Below are positions 26,793-40,687 of a stretch of 64,000 nucleotides of DNA, piece by piece. The stretch's first letter is position 1, and each line of letters starts with the position of its first letter. Source of the DNA: Lingula anatina (taxonomy: Eukaryota; Animalia; Brachiopoda); assembly GCA_051362555.1 (NCBI GenBank), contig CM120649.1, forward strand, positions 3,410,001 to 3,474,000. The letters run 5' to 3'. Below the pieces are notes generated by a model that was not told the DNA's origin, searched no databases, and was given only the letters and a program-made list of their open reading frames with translations. The translations under genes and the position numbers were made by a program.

Positions 26793-29700
26793 TACCTAAG
26801 AATGTATCCATGGACGCGCCAGGCACCAGTTCTAGTTGTTCCAACTCCAGCTGCGTCAACAGATCACTGAACCATTCAAACGACCGAATTCCTCGAGAAA
26901 TCCAGAAAAAGTCCACCTTCACAAAGTAATATATGCTAAAAGTTAATTTTCAGTGTCAAGTTTATTCAGCGGGAGATGCAGCATGGTGACAAGTGACAGT
27001 TCGGGTGACTAATTTTTACCGTACAACGGACATAAAATTGTAAAAATAAATACATGTAAATGCACAATGGTGAACTTACTTTTTTCAACGACCCCAACGT
27101 GTCTGAAAGATCTTCGTCAATCCAGGAATGTGTACACTTTGGGCATTCGTGCTTAGCCGTGTTATATCTGAATGAAGAAATGAAATTAATTTTTCGTAAC
27201 TCAACATCATAAAAAGCAGAAATGTTACAGTAGATATGTTACAGGTAGATTTCACTCGTGAGGGTAAAACTGATATCTGTGACTCGAATTTCCTGAAGGA
27301 AAATTTTGCTATAATATGTCCAGGATTTTCCTTTTGCTATAAGAATGGCTAATGACTAGCATCGCATGCCTTAAGGGGCTAAGTATTACCGTCTCATAAT
27401 GCTCTGTAGTATACTGGCGAATGGAGTGACTCCAATGCCCAGCGCTATCATCACAGCGTGCTCGGCTTGGAAGAAATTACTGGCGGGGGCACCGTAAGCA
27501 CCGTCGATATACACCTGAAAACAGTGGAACGAAATCACCTTAAAGGTTCAACGTTTCTTTTAAAATAAATGTATGTATTCAGATGTTAATATTTTATACC
27601 TAATAACAATAACTTTCATTCATACTTTGGCAAACGGCAAAGCTGTATTAACGGGAAAACATTTACAGCAGTTAATAATAAATTAACTATAAATATTAAA
27701 ACAGGCAGACCCTGTACCACAGATGCTTCCGTTTAACATGAAGAAATGTTTTCGTCTTCCCGACCCTCTTTAAAGAGACACGTCGCTCGTTAACCGACTT
27801 AAGAGTTTTGTCTGGCCTAATCGCAGTTAAGTACTGTCGAACTGCACGAGTCGAAGAACTTTTATGGAAAACATCTTACCTCCAGTGCTTCGTCAATCGA
27901 CGGTTTATGTTCATCAGCATTCATTTTGTATATGAAAGGCATTTGTGAAAGATGGCCAAAGTTTTGCCCATGGGACATGCCCTGCCACGTCGATAGACGG
28001 CGCTGCAGATGTTTCACAACTTCTGTTTCCGGGAGTTTCAATGCGCACGCGGATTTCCTTCTGTTCCGGTCAAATCCGGGAGGAATCTGGACAAACGGGT
28101 CGAGTTCTGTCTTCATGATATGTGCATTATCAATAGATTTCGATCTTTGCACCTTTTTCTGCACACCACCGCTTAAATTCTGTCGGAAATTTTCAGGTAT
28201 TCCGAGTCTGTCCGAAAAATTCCGAAATGATGTTAGCCTTCTGCTTTGTTTTATGTTGAATGACTCGTCGTCTTCGTCTGAGTAGGTTTGAAGACTGTAG
28301 TTGCTGGACGTGTAGCTTCCATTACCCATTCCAGTATCACTTTTAAGTGTTACAACTTCGATATTTGTGTCGTCTTCGAACCCGATGTCATTCTCAGTTT
28401 CACTTTCACTTTCTGAAATGTTATCCGATCCGCTACCATTCCCCTTGTCCGGCAAATCAAATTTGATAATCGGGATTACCCCGTGGGTAATATTCCGACG
28501 CGATTTTTCTTCGTTCTTGGCGTTGTTCTTTGTTTCACGCGATTCATCAATCGCCTCAAAAGCCACGTTATCGATTCCATGGCCATCACTGGAGGATTCC
28601 AAGGAAGACAAACTCGAGGCATCTTCCTCTATCCCGTCCACGTCCCCGTAGATGTTCCTTATGTGGGGCAGGTTCATCCTTTTGGCTATCTCGCGTTTCT
28701 CTTCAAAGTATTCGTATAGTTTATTGGTCCATCTTCCCACAGCGCGTATGTGAAGCCACAGATGATCTGAAATATAGGTATATGCATACGATTTAGCATA
28801 GATAAAAATCCCCAAAAAATGAAATAAACGACAAGATTAAATAAATTACCTATTGTAGACTTTGTCGTCTAACAGATTTGCCATGCCCTTTCCACCCACC
28901 CACACTCCATTCCTCGATCTCACCCAGAATCCTCACTTCTGGAACGCACATTGATGCGGCTGCCAATGAAGTTAAAGCTATTGAGGGAAGCTGAAAGGGC
29001 ATGCTTCATAGTAACAAAACACTATTTTACTTTTTAGAACCTATCTACATTTTCACCATTAGCCTCATTCCCCTAGTTTAGCGTGGACTGGCAAATGCTT
29101 TCGAAAAGCCGTTTTATTCCAGTAAACCACAACGGACATTCGTGTATGCGTAGTGACGGTCTCATGGTCGTGCAAAATTTGGATTGTAATTTTAAGAAAT
29201 CTAATTTATGACTTATTTTTAAGTTTGATCTCTTTATCATAGGATATGGCTACATTTTTTTTTCATTTTTTTCTGTCAAAGCTATGGCAATTTCAATCCT
29301 TTCCGTATGCCTAAGAATACAGCCCGACTTTCACATACTGATACCTTGCAGAATTGAAGGAGACAAAAAGTCGTAGGTTTAAGACAATTTTTCAGCCTTA
29401 AAAAACTACAGATGGCGTCACACTTACCCGGGTCCTCGGGGGAGCTGCTGATCGTAAACGGATGCCATTCGAACGTAGCTATTTTGGGGATGTTTAGAAA
29501 GATGTAGTCGCCAGCGGTGAAGTTGAAGTTCTCCGGGCGTTTTATAACGAGATGTGTCACCTGTAATATAAAATAAAATAAGATAAAATATAGTACTGTA
29601 AATGCCAGGCGTGTGCTACGTACGTGTACGTGTACGACCATGAGGAAATGAGAAGATTGTTTCGGTAAAGTTACGATGGCAGCTAGGGCTACCTTAGTTG

Positions 29701-32700
29701 TTACATGTGCAGTAAAGTAGATGGTCACGAATCCATTTCGATTTCGAAATTACGTCTCAACGACATCACTTGGTTGTTTGCGTACTTACGACAAAAATAC
29801 AGGTCTTGTTTTATGTTATCATCATTATTGGGTTATTGTTTTTTTTTTTTTTTTTTTTTTTGTTTATAAATTTATCTTCATCTAATTTTATCTGTTTTTT
29901 TTTTCTAATATATATTTGAAGAGAAAGGTAAAATTTTGCATAATTGTTACAATGTATACATAAATTTAAAAAAATATGAGTATGCATGGAAATAAAAAAC
30001 CTGTGGAGTGTTACATGTATGTGCATATACGTATAAAAATACGTGTTGCATAATCTGTTTGTGAGTGTGCACCCTTTTATATGGTATGTGTGTGTGTGTT
30101 TGTTACTCATATTTCCCTCAGAATCATTGCGCTATTACCTTGGAAGGCAAGAGCACGCCTTCTTGGATAAAGATCTTCCCATATTCCAGGCGCTTCACAG
30201 CCTTGGTCCGATAGACCTTTTCTATCACCAATAAGGAGGAAGGCACTATAATCCATTTCCAGCAACTCGGCGCGTGGATGAACATGACGATCATGAAGGG
30301 TAGATATAACAGGTGCGTAAAGTAAAATGCCTGAAAAAGATTATAGAAATTTAACTGTAAAGTGTTTCGTTGATAAAAACAGGAAGGTGTATTTTTTGCT
30401 CCCCGACTTGTGTCAATATGTAATATGGAAAGACAAGTCAAATAAAAAATCAAAAAGGTTTATTGAAATGATGATAAAAACGAATCAAGATAAACTGGCA
30501 CAGAAAAAAAACTTAGGGCACATTCCTTTCTTGCAACTCAAAAAAAAAATAATAATAATAAAAATAATAATAATAAATAGAAAAAATATATTTATATATA
30601 CATGCATTATTAATGAAAAAGATCAAGAAAAAAGAGACAGTTGAATAAATGAATAAAATTGTATTCTTTGCCTATTGTTCTTGCATACAAGAAGCCTCAT
30701 TCGCGCCACATCACGTTAGTTCTCGCGAGATCTCACAACAAAAACACCAACCTGAAAATTCTTCGCTCGAACCCATGGCATACCGGACAGACTAAGGGCC
30801 AGGAGTATGGCTAGGAGGGCCCAGCCGGAGATGTAGGCCGTCCCGCCCATCCAGCTGGCTTGGTGATGGTGTGGATGTACCGTAAACAGGTACTCGACCA
30901 GTGTGTGGTTATGCTCCGTCACTGCCCAGGCTGAAACAAAATGCGTGACGATTTTGTTTTGCTGTTGATGAACCAGTGAGACGCTTTATACCCGTAGCTG
31001 ATATTATTGTAATAAAGAACATATGGTTAAGAACATTATGAAAATACTTTTTTGGGTTTCGTATTATTGTTTCTGACATTATTTAAATTGCACAAAATGA
31101 CGTCCTCAAAACACGTGAGTTAAGGAAGGGGTAACTGCAAAAATGAATAGATTGTCCCGAAGTAACCGTAGTCTGCTTCCTTTGAGTTTATACAGGTGAC
31201 ATTTGACCCATATACCGACCCGTGTATGGTAACCCTAAGCTAAACTTACTTTCTACCAAGGCCACAAATTGGCCCTTCACCCAATTTTCACATTAAAGAT
31301 ATCTCTGGCTAATGCCTGCTATTAAAAAAATTGGAAGAGATTAAATAACATCACACAGTTGGTATCTTGAACAGTTTAACCTAGCTGTGCTTAATTATCA
31401 TATGGGACCCGGGCTTTCCACCCCTAGGACAACTAATCTCAGTAGTGTCATTCCTGCCAATCCGGTTCCTGATGACTAGAAGTATTTAGGATAATTACCT
31501 GCGTTGCCAATATGTCCAACAGTATGCAGTTGACTGCAGACTAACAGCACCATGCCCGCCACCTTGTGGTACTTGATGTGTTTGTCCAGAGGGATCCAGA
31601 ATGGTATTCGTATCCTTGAACTTATTAATGTCATGGTCACACGCAACATCATCAGCAGAACCAGCAAGGCGTGGAAGTTGATCAAGCGTGCTATGTATAA
31701 ATAAAGAAACGTACATGCACATGCATTTAAATGTGTCGACAAGACAGTGCGCACTATGCTTGATGCTACATTGTAGTTCTGCAAACGTTTGTGCTGTAGA
31801 TGTACACTAATAGTGATACAGTGTAGAATTCTTCTCAAGTGTTTGCGTTAGTTATGTCAGTGAATTGCTTGTTTTTATTTCAATTTTCTTGTATTTATTT
31901 CATGTTTTATTCATTATTTTTAAACATCTGAAATTGTGAGAGGAAAAAAAAGAGGCATTACAACCAGGCGACCCAGAACTAGAAGATGAAACTACATCAG
32001 AGTTGTGAACTTGGATTACATTATCAAATTAATAATGTGCCGTCACGATGGTGGCAGCGAACAGCAGAAGGATTACATCGGACATGTTATAAATTCGTCA
32101 TCACAAGGTCGGTTAGATAAGGCTGTCATAACCTGAATATTAGCGCGCTTCCAAATAAGCAGACTCACACGAAGACATAACATGTGAAATATTGATCATG
32201 TTTGTAGCATTTCGTGTTTAAATATTGTTAAGTTTTGCAGATGAATGAGCGGTGATTCTGATAAACTGTGCTGTATCACCACAAGCGCAGTATAGATTAC
32301 TGATATACAAGAAAATAACTTACGGGGAAAATTTCGAAATATAAAGGAGAAATGCAAAATATTTAAACTGGCATTGCGGAAATACACTAATAAAAAATCT
32401 GGAGAGTTTCTTTTCTTTTAATTATTTTATTTTATTTTATTTTATTTTATTTTATTTTATTTTATTTTATTTTATTTTATTTTGGTGCAGTAAACCTATA
32501 TTTTTCATTGGTATATAGTTTCGATAAGAACGGACGTATCGAAAGAAAACAAAACAGAAAAACGTATACGTGAAAAAAGACAAAAAGACAGGTAAACAAT
32601 GAATTTCAGCAGAAAAATACTGGATAAAAATTCACGAGCTTAATTTTTTCACCTGACATCCTTGCCAAAACCTCCCATCCGGTAAACTCCTCATCGACAT

Positions 32701-32938
32701 GATCCGCAGCGAAGGCGAACCATTTCTCGGTCAGCAAGGACCCCACAAGAAGCACATAGACGCACACCGAAAACACAGAAGGCAGATGGGTCTGGATGTC
32801 GAACCGTCTTCTTGGCTCCGGCGTCGCGAGAACGACTCTCATCCCATTATTCCGATTTCTCTGCTCCAGCCCTGGATGGTACGTTCCAGCAGGCAGGTGA
32901 CCGGTGTCTATTCGGCCCTTGGATCGGGCCGAGGCCAT
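26095..32938 (-). CDS. NOX5: NADPH oxidase 5-like, copy B, apparently lacking EF-hands, 11 coding exons, about 830 aa
   Basis: Exons (descending) 32938-32653, 31690-31499, 30930-30752, 30330-30139, 29560-29428, 28766-27880, 27514-27390, 27167-27080, 26916-26796, 26578-26424, 26229-26095 join in frame (2493 nt). Motifs: heme His (YHKVAG...LHTVGH; THLLY...IHA), [40 protein letters not shown]. Start codon uncertain (AACAACATGG, acceptor 33 nt upstream). Confidence 0.88.
32421..32483. repeat. (ATTTT)n microsatellite
   Basis: Directly visible. Confidence 0.9.
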
Positions 32939-35145
32939 GTTGTTTCTGGGCGGTAGATTTGCCTGTGTCTGCTAGAGAAATGAAATTCAAGTTAACTCTT
33001 AACTCTTCGTATTTCGTGTGCAATATTTATGCATAAAGTGCAGCAACTGTGGTAGCAAACTGAATGTCGTAATACCATGCCGGTGTGACAAGAGTGGTAG
33101 TCCGCTAGGAACCGTAGTCCGTTACTTAGCAATGTGACAATCAATCGTCCCACATACCATATAGCAACCCCAATACTGCGGCTAACCCTATCCTGTATAA
33201 TAATTATGGGACCCCTGACATCCTTTCCTAGGACTTTCTTTTCTGTCACACCAGTAGTGCAAACAATACAATTAACCCAACACTGTTCTCACATGCAGGA
33301 CTTACTCGAACCAGCATGCATCTGCTGTGATGAAAAGTTGGATATTGGCATGGTCGCCAAACACTCAACTGATGACTTCTTAAAGTGATTCATTTGGAAA
33401 CCTTAAATTCTTCGATTCTTAAAAGCATCTTATATGCATGCCCCGGTCAAACCTGAGTCATTTCTGTAAATTTATAATAATCCATCACGCTGTAAGACCA
33501 GTAAGTGTTACCTTTACAAATGTACAAACTCTTAATGTTTGGTTTATCTAAGGCACAGCGCAGAGATACATGCACCTATAACAGTAAATTACAGAACGAA
33601 TTACGATAAGACACAAAAATGTAGATAGAATACACGAAAATCAATTATCATGCAATGATTTCCTGCCCGCCCCTTCTCGACAAGGAGTAGCTGCTTTTGT
33701 GCGTTACTGCATGTACTTCACATTTGAAGTCTTAGACCCCATTCACAAAGACACCACCAGTCAACGTAAATCGATCCATATCTGCAGGGACTTTCCCTGA
33801 GTGCAATCAGCTAAACTGAATGGCACACCTCCATTTAGTTTTCAGCGTACTCGTATAATCACCGGCGTTTCTGCATTCTACTCAACGCAAGGAGGAGACG
33901 TGTTAGTGTGCAAAACTGATTGTATTCAGCGACAGTCCCCTCGGTGTTGGATCGATCCACGTAGACCGATGGTTATATTGGGAATGGGGCCTAACCGCTC
34001 TGATAAGTACTACGCGATCACTGCCGCACACTACACCGGTAACTACATGTCGTTGAGATCACACTTCCGTAATTACCAGTGTGTTCGCCAAATATATCCC
34101 CTTGATATAGAGATATGCCCAGTCTTTCTTCCGCAATACTTCACTAACGGTATAATTATTACACACATCAGGGGCCAAATTGTCCGTTAAGGGCACCACG
34201 CACTGGTGGAGTTCTTACCTCAAATATCCCATTTTTCTTCAGGTGAGCTAAGGTGAGCATAACGACATATAGCAACAAACGCTCTCTATGTGTCACGAGG
34301 AGCTGCGGCTTCACATAATCACTTTACAACGGAAAGTGCATGGGCCTCATATTAAGACCGAAAAGTATACTTGAAATCGGAGAAAATATCAGCAATCAAC
34401 TGAAAAATGGTTTACACTGTTTTTCTAAAACAATGTCATTTATACTTTATTACATAACATGAACAATGTTTATTTACTTTGAAAACTGCGGTAATTTGTC
34501 CTGGGTCTAAGAAAACTCAAGTTTGCATGTAAAAGTTAAAATATCGGAGCAAAGTGATGTTCATAAAATCTGATTTGTATATCCCGGACACATGCATGCT
34601 GACCCAATAGTACTGGTACATGTATTTTAAACTAAATGTTCTATATCATATAATTATACCGTAATCTGCCGTACTGCACGTAAGGATAATCATGTAATCA
34701 AGCAATACAAAATGTCAGATACATCTTAAGAGGGAGCATTGTTTTGCATGGACCGACGTTCTACTAGTACCACGGGAATTCATTCACTGATCATAAACCG
34801 TTACATTCGTATAAATCAAATCGGTGAAATAAAATAAGTAAATAAATTAAAAATATTAGAAATAAATAAATAAGTTAATTAATTAATTCGTTGATTTGAA
34901 TTATTAAATCAAATAATTAATTGAATCATTTTAATCAAATAATCAAATAATTTAATTAAACCAGAAGCAAGAGGTATTGTGAATATATCCATGTACCTGA
35001 GAAATAACGCATGTGGCCCTGTTCAGTAAACTGTCCACTAAACTGTGGTTCACACGAATATTCAAGGTTCGCTTCATGAAGAATTCACGCTGTGCACATG
35101 AACCGTTTGGTTATTGTGTGAGTTCATGAGCGAGTACCGGCATAT

Positions 35146-35186
<41 letters not shown>

Positions 35187-36508
35187 ACGGAAGGAGATGT
35201 ATTGTCGGTGCAGAAAACAAACCGCATGATCGCAAAATCTGAGTGAAAATTATCAACATATTGAACCATAGGACTTGTACCGCACACTCAAGCCTCCTAG
35301 TGTCGTCACTCATCGTGTGTGTTCTTTTGTGAATATTCATGATATTAAGGAAGTTGTAAAATCAATTTAAGTCCCCTTTAATCTTGAAGGCGACATTTGT
35401 GCGTCCCCTTTACGATCAAAATGTGGCCTGGACGCTGAATGATCGCCATAGCTCTGTCTCACAGCATTCTCTTTGGCTTCTCTGTAGCAGCACCGGCGAC
35501 CAGTGGCGAGCAGTGGCGACAATTCTTTCGCCTTCCGCGAGACAGATCGTTGTTTGGGCTGCTTGGAGAGCTTAAGTGCTTGGATATAATGAGACCTTTA
35601 TTTATATTCTTTTGCCAGTTCTAACCCGGCCTTTACTGTCGGTCAATTATCCCAGCTTCGGGTCAGTCGATCGTCGGTACGACCGCACCCAAGTCAATAA
35701 TTATATATTATTATTATTATTATTATTTACATTGCCAAATGCTCATTAATAATAAAATAATTAAATATTTATTTAAAGTGTAACATCTAACGAAATTTGT
35801 TCTGTGGACTTTGCAAATAAAATACAAAATTCAAAAGATTATTTTTAAATAAAAAGTAATGGTATTTGAAGTAAAAAGAAACGTGTCTAATTATATTGTT
35901 CTGTGAAGTATAAAATGCTCAATCATTATTTTAAAAAATTGTATTCAGTATTTTTTAATCATCAGCTGAGCTTATATCCCTTACTTCTGACGGCAACTGC
36001 TTCAATTCATACGGGGCCGTGTATTCAAAATTTTCCCCAAATGTTTTAGCCTTGCGCATAGAGGTTTTAATGATAACTGGTCTTTAGATCTGTACGTACT
36101 ACTTGGTATGTAATGAGATACAAGTTCACAGAGATAACATGGTTCAAGTCGTACCGGTACACAACAAGGTAGTAATGCCATTGTAAAATTGGTATCGCTA
36201 TATTGCATGTAATACGAAATGTGGGTACATGTACACATGTACGTGTAGCTATGTTGCTATGGCAAAAAAACACTAGATCCAACGTCACCTGGGGTATGTC
36301 GGACGTCAATAACAGCTTACAACAGGTGCCTTATCTGACTGTTTCTTCAGAAGGGTAGCTACGCAAGCACGGTCTCATTTATATACAGTAGCTTGATCAT
36401 TTATAGGTCTCAAAACACGAATAAAACACAAATACATCAGAAAGAAAATTCATCAATATAAGATACAATCATAACCCTTTAATGCTTACGTTTGAAAAAT
36501 GAGGCCGT

Positions 36509-36806
36509 TCCGAAAATACATCTATGAAGTGACGTCACTGATGACGCAGAGACGGGGAGCTTTTTTGGATTTGGCATGCCCAAAACACGGACCGTTTTCT
36601 GAGTCAAAATGACTGGTACATGTTTTCACAATGTATATACGTGAAATGCATAGGCGAAACTTTGGAGTCATCAAAATCATTGAATTTGGACGTGTTAAGT
36701 TCTAAAAAAGGCTTGCCGTATACAAGAGGTGGTCTGTAGAAAAGTCCCTATATCTGCGCCAGCAGTGACGTCATCAGTGACGTCATCCATGGATGTACAT
36801 TCGGAC
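36509..36806. mobile_element. about 300-bp inverted-repeat element (probable MITE)
   Basis: TCCGAAAATACATCTATG..TGACGTCACTGATGACG at left is the imperfect inverse of CGTCATCAGTGACGTCATCCATGGATGTACATTCGGA at right. No clear TSD. Confidence 0.55.
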
Positions 36807-36907
36807 CCAACATCTTGCACAGATTTCCCGCACTGGTGGACAACAAAAATTTTCTTCTTACATGGTCTAGTTCACATGACGTGCACGTGTTTGTAGACAC
36901 TTATTAC

Positions 36908-36975
36908 CTGTTCAATACCAACATAATGGGCAACGAGTTGTTGCGGACGTTGCCCGCCGACGATATATATATGAT
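36908..36975 (-). promoter_or_regulatory. candidate TATA promoter and short first exon of NOX5-like B
   Basis: TATATATA at about 36964-36972, followed on the minus strand by a short GC-richer stretch ending at donor CAG|GTAATA (36908/36907). A GGGGGCGG box lies upstream. Link to gene B is inferred only. Confidence 0.3.
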
Positions 36976-37611
36976 GCAATAGAGTGCCTACGAGCGTGAC
37001 GGACAATGAGGCGAAGCGGCGGGTGGGGGCGGTGGGGGTCACGGATTCTCGTCTGGCTGTCTGTTTCATGGACAAAATCTGTTTAATTGACTATCATCAA
37101 CAATAAATTAATTCTGGATTTCTATAATTTACAGGTACTACTAATTGTTATAATAGTGGTTTGCCAAGGTAATACTCCTGTGGTCCATTCCCAATGAATC
37201 TTTCGTTTTAAGTAGATATATCCAACCCCCCCCCCCTCCTCCCGACGATGAGTAGAATGTAGAGAAGCTAATGATTATACAAATACGTTGGAAACAAGAG
37301 GAGACGTGTTAATCTGTCAAACTGATTTTATTCTGCGAGAGTTCACGTCGAGTTAGATCGATCTACGTAAAATAGTTTCATCGATCTACGTAAAATAGTT
37401 TCATCAGTGACATTTCTTTTTAAAAAGTAAAATTTGATGACTGATAGAATATCACACATTTAAAATGATAAATAATTTTTACAAAAAGTATAATATTACA
37501 AATGCCATTCCCAGTACGTATCTTAAAAAAATCATTTGGTTTCGAAATACGAAGTATTTATACTGGGGATATATACTATTCAAATTCCGATATAAATTAA
37601 GTTGTTGCACA

Positions 37612-37615
37612 CAAA

Positions 37616-37669
<54 letters not shown>
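37612..37669. repeat. (AAAT)n microsatellite
   Basis: Directly visible. Similar tracts at 24288-24330, 40630-40687 and 54130-54170. Confidence 0.9.
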
Positions 37670-37670
<1 letters not shown>

Positions 37671-40632
37671 AATTAAGAATTATTAAATTAATATTATTAA
37701 AGTAAGAAATTAACCAGAGCCTACAAGTGATTCTACTGTAATCCACCACAGTTGTACTACTGATACATAGACCTAAAAGCTTAAAGGGATAATAACTCTT
37801 CGTATGGGATCTATATTTCACAATAAAAACATTGTGAATAACTCATAGAAATGTAATATATTCTGTTTTACCACAAAAACGGCAGTTATAGCTATTTTTC
37901 TGATATCTGAGCTTGTCTTTAGACCACGTGACCTCCATTGATGGCTATACTCTGTTAAAATCTCTTAAGAGATTTTAACAAAAAACCAAACTTTTTAGAA
38001 AAAAACCAGGGACTAACTTTGAATGTAAAAATGGATTCATTTACCATTGGTAAGTATGGGAAAATTGTTGTTTACTCCAGGAAAATTCATTTTTTGGCCG
38101 AAACGAAGAGTTATTATACCTTTAAACTTATCGAAATTGACTTCTTTTCTTAATACCTGACGTGACAACTTTAACCATGTAATGATATTGACAAAACCAA
38201 ACCCGCCTTTTATTTCCTTCTTGAAGAAAAACGCCAGTAAAGCAAAACCTTATTACCTCCTTTACGGCAGCCTACGGTAATCATGCAATCTATTTCCGCG
38301 TTATTTATTATCAGGCAGAGAATCTCACTCGTTATAATTGAAATGCTGACATAGCAATTGTAACTTACCCTAGTACTAAAGTTACAAACAGACTTCTCCG
38401 GCTGATCAAATTCATGTCGAGCCATTTCAGCGACAGTTGGTACCAGTGGTATCTAGGCGGTATTGGACACTTACATATGTACTCTAGGGGGCTCAACACG
38501 ATCACTTCCGCCTGTCGTATTTTTCAGCATTTCACACAACGCTATGACAACGCATGTAAAAACAGGTGTGTTTACAAAAACATTTACTCGTATGAGACCG
38601 CTTTTTATCTTGTACCCCGGGCTTGCTTGACCCTCACGCTTTTTAAACAGAGCGCAATTTGAATCCAGAATCAGAATGCCCTTGACCAAAGTCTGACACT
38701 AATACAGCTTTAGAAGATTCCCAGACCTTAAATTTCTGCGTATGCTGTTCGGAATTAGTTTGAATAATAAGAGACGGTCTGCAGTCTGCGGCACAATGGC
38801 AAATGGTGTAATACACGTGCCGTTGTCAAAACTTAGGAAGTTAGCTGGTCTAGTTAGTTGTCCGTGTCAGCGAGGGATTTTGGATTTAGCTTAATGAATG
38901 GTTGATTGAATGAATATATACGTGCATTATCTATTTAAATGCAAATGAATAATAAAAGTAATGAAAAATGTTGTTAACCCATCACTGAAGTGTCTGTAGT
39001 TAATTAGTATTAAATGAATGAAAATCGGTATCTTTATTCATCTATATATCTATCGGTTAATTTATCAATTCTGTGAAAATCACATTTATTATTAGTATTA
39101 CGCATTGTATAGAAAATAAACGTTGAAAATTGACGAGTCACTGAATGTGGATTCTGATCCATGTTTTTACTTTAGTTTTTTTTATACCATTAAAATTCGT
39201 TTGTTGCAGATTAATAAAAAGATGCTTTCATGTTAAAATAGCACATTTTTGTTGCAATCATTAATGGGTCATTTGATTCCACAAAAATGACAATAAATGA
39301 CAATGTTCGTCTTTTTTTTTTTTTTTTTTTTTTTAATTACACACACCAGAGAATCTTTTAAAGTTAGGAAGAACGATTTTTACTGGGATTATTTTTCTGT
39401 GAAGTAATTGCAGACTAAGTAAGCTATATTTTTTATGACTACTACTATGAAATAAATGTCACCTTGATACGCGACAACGAGAACGAATTCGCATGTGATA
39501 TGTCGACAAAGAGCGTGTAGGAGTTCAGACGCGTACTTTCTTGTTACACAACGTGATCGCGGGACTACACCCTATCGCACGATTATCACAAACATTACAT
39601 AAGGCGGTGAATTAAATCAAAAGTGCTGAAAATTGAAGGTTTAGTGATGCACAGATAACCAGTAGCCTATAGGTACACATGTCCGCAAGAATGATTTGCA
39701 GACATTGATGAAATCATTGCGGATTCTTAGATACAAAATAACACAAGAAAAAAAGGTGTTTCAAGACATTTTGATGGTTGCTGACTAGATGACTAGATGG
39801 GCTTTTAACTCGTGAAAGCCGGAGGGGCAAAACATCCTTGCATTCTCTCCACCTTTGAACTAGCGCAATTTATTTTATTCATATTTTCATTGTCTGTGCA
39901 AATCCGCCATTGAGATCGTGAATTAAAGCAAATACACTGGGAAAATGATGGTTGTTTATTCACTTTTTATTGTCTTTTTTGACAGAGAAAGTAGTTGTAG
40001 ATAATAATAATAACAATAAATGCAATTTTCAATACATTTCCCATGTGTTAAGGAAGGTATTTTTCTTTGGTCTAAGTAGTACCGCTGCACTTTGAGTAGC
40101 TCGATTGCTTTGACGTAAGTCGCCGGTATCACAATCCTTGGAGCAACCACAGCTTAGCAGCAATGTTGCAAAGGAGAGGAGGGAAAAAACAAATTTAGGA
40201 AAAAAGTCAAATCACAACCTCAGCGCTTTGAAGGGGGTTACCAGGCAACATGGGGACCGTGCAATTAAAAAATAAAATAATACAAATTAAAACTACACTG
40301 GCTTAAACTGATTTTCGTTTAAATATAACCAATTGATTTTGTGAAGTAAAACAGACCCCCCCCCCCCCCCCGAACACCAATATGATAGCGATTAACTGGA
40401 ATCAAATATTACATTAGAATTGTATAAATATATGAACAAAAAAGAGAGGAAATATGGAGATTACGAGTTAACTTACAGTACCTATTTTAACATTCACATT
40501 TTTTTTCTTTCTTCAAACATAAGAAAACGAACGTTCTTGTTATGAAAAACAATCAATAAGTGAACGACCCTGGCGACAATACAGTTAGAAATGACAAGGA
40601 AAGGGCAACTCGCACTCAAACATTAACACAAA

Positions 40633-40687
<55 letters not shown>

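Noticed and set aside
33801-34190. 129-aa plus-strand ORF, and similar ORFs at 1537-1968 and 26516-26929
   Set aside because: Non-ATG or microsatellite-driven frames with no domain or splice support. The many ORFs antisense to the NOX5 and ROCO exons are likewise shadows.
34219-34260. Possible upstream exon of NOX5 B (MLTLAHLKKNGIFE, donor GTAAGA, phase 0)
   Set aside because: Phase fits but there is no homology support. Not EF-hand-like, so it would not alter the EF-less conclusion.
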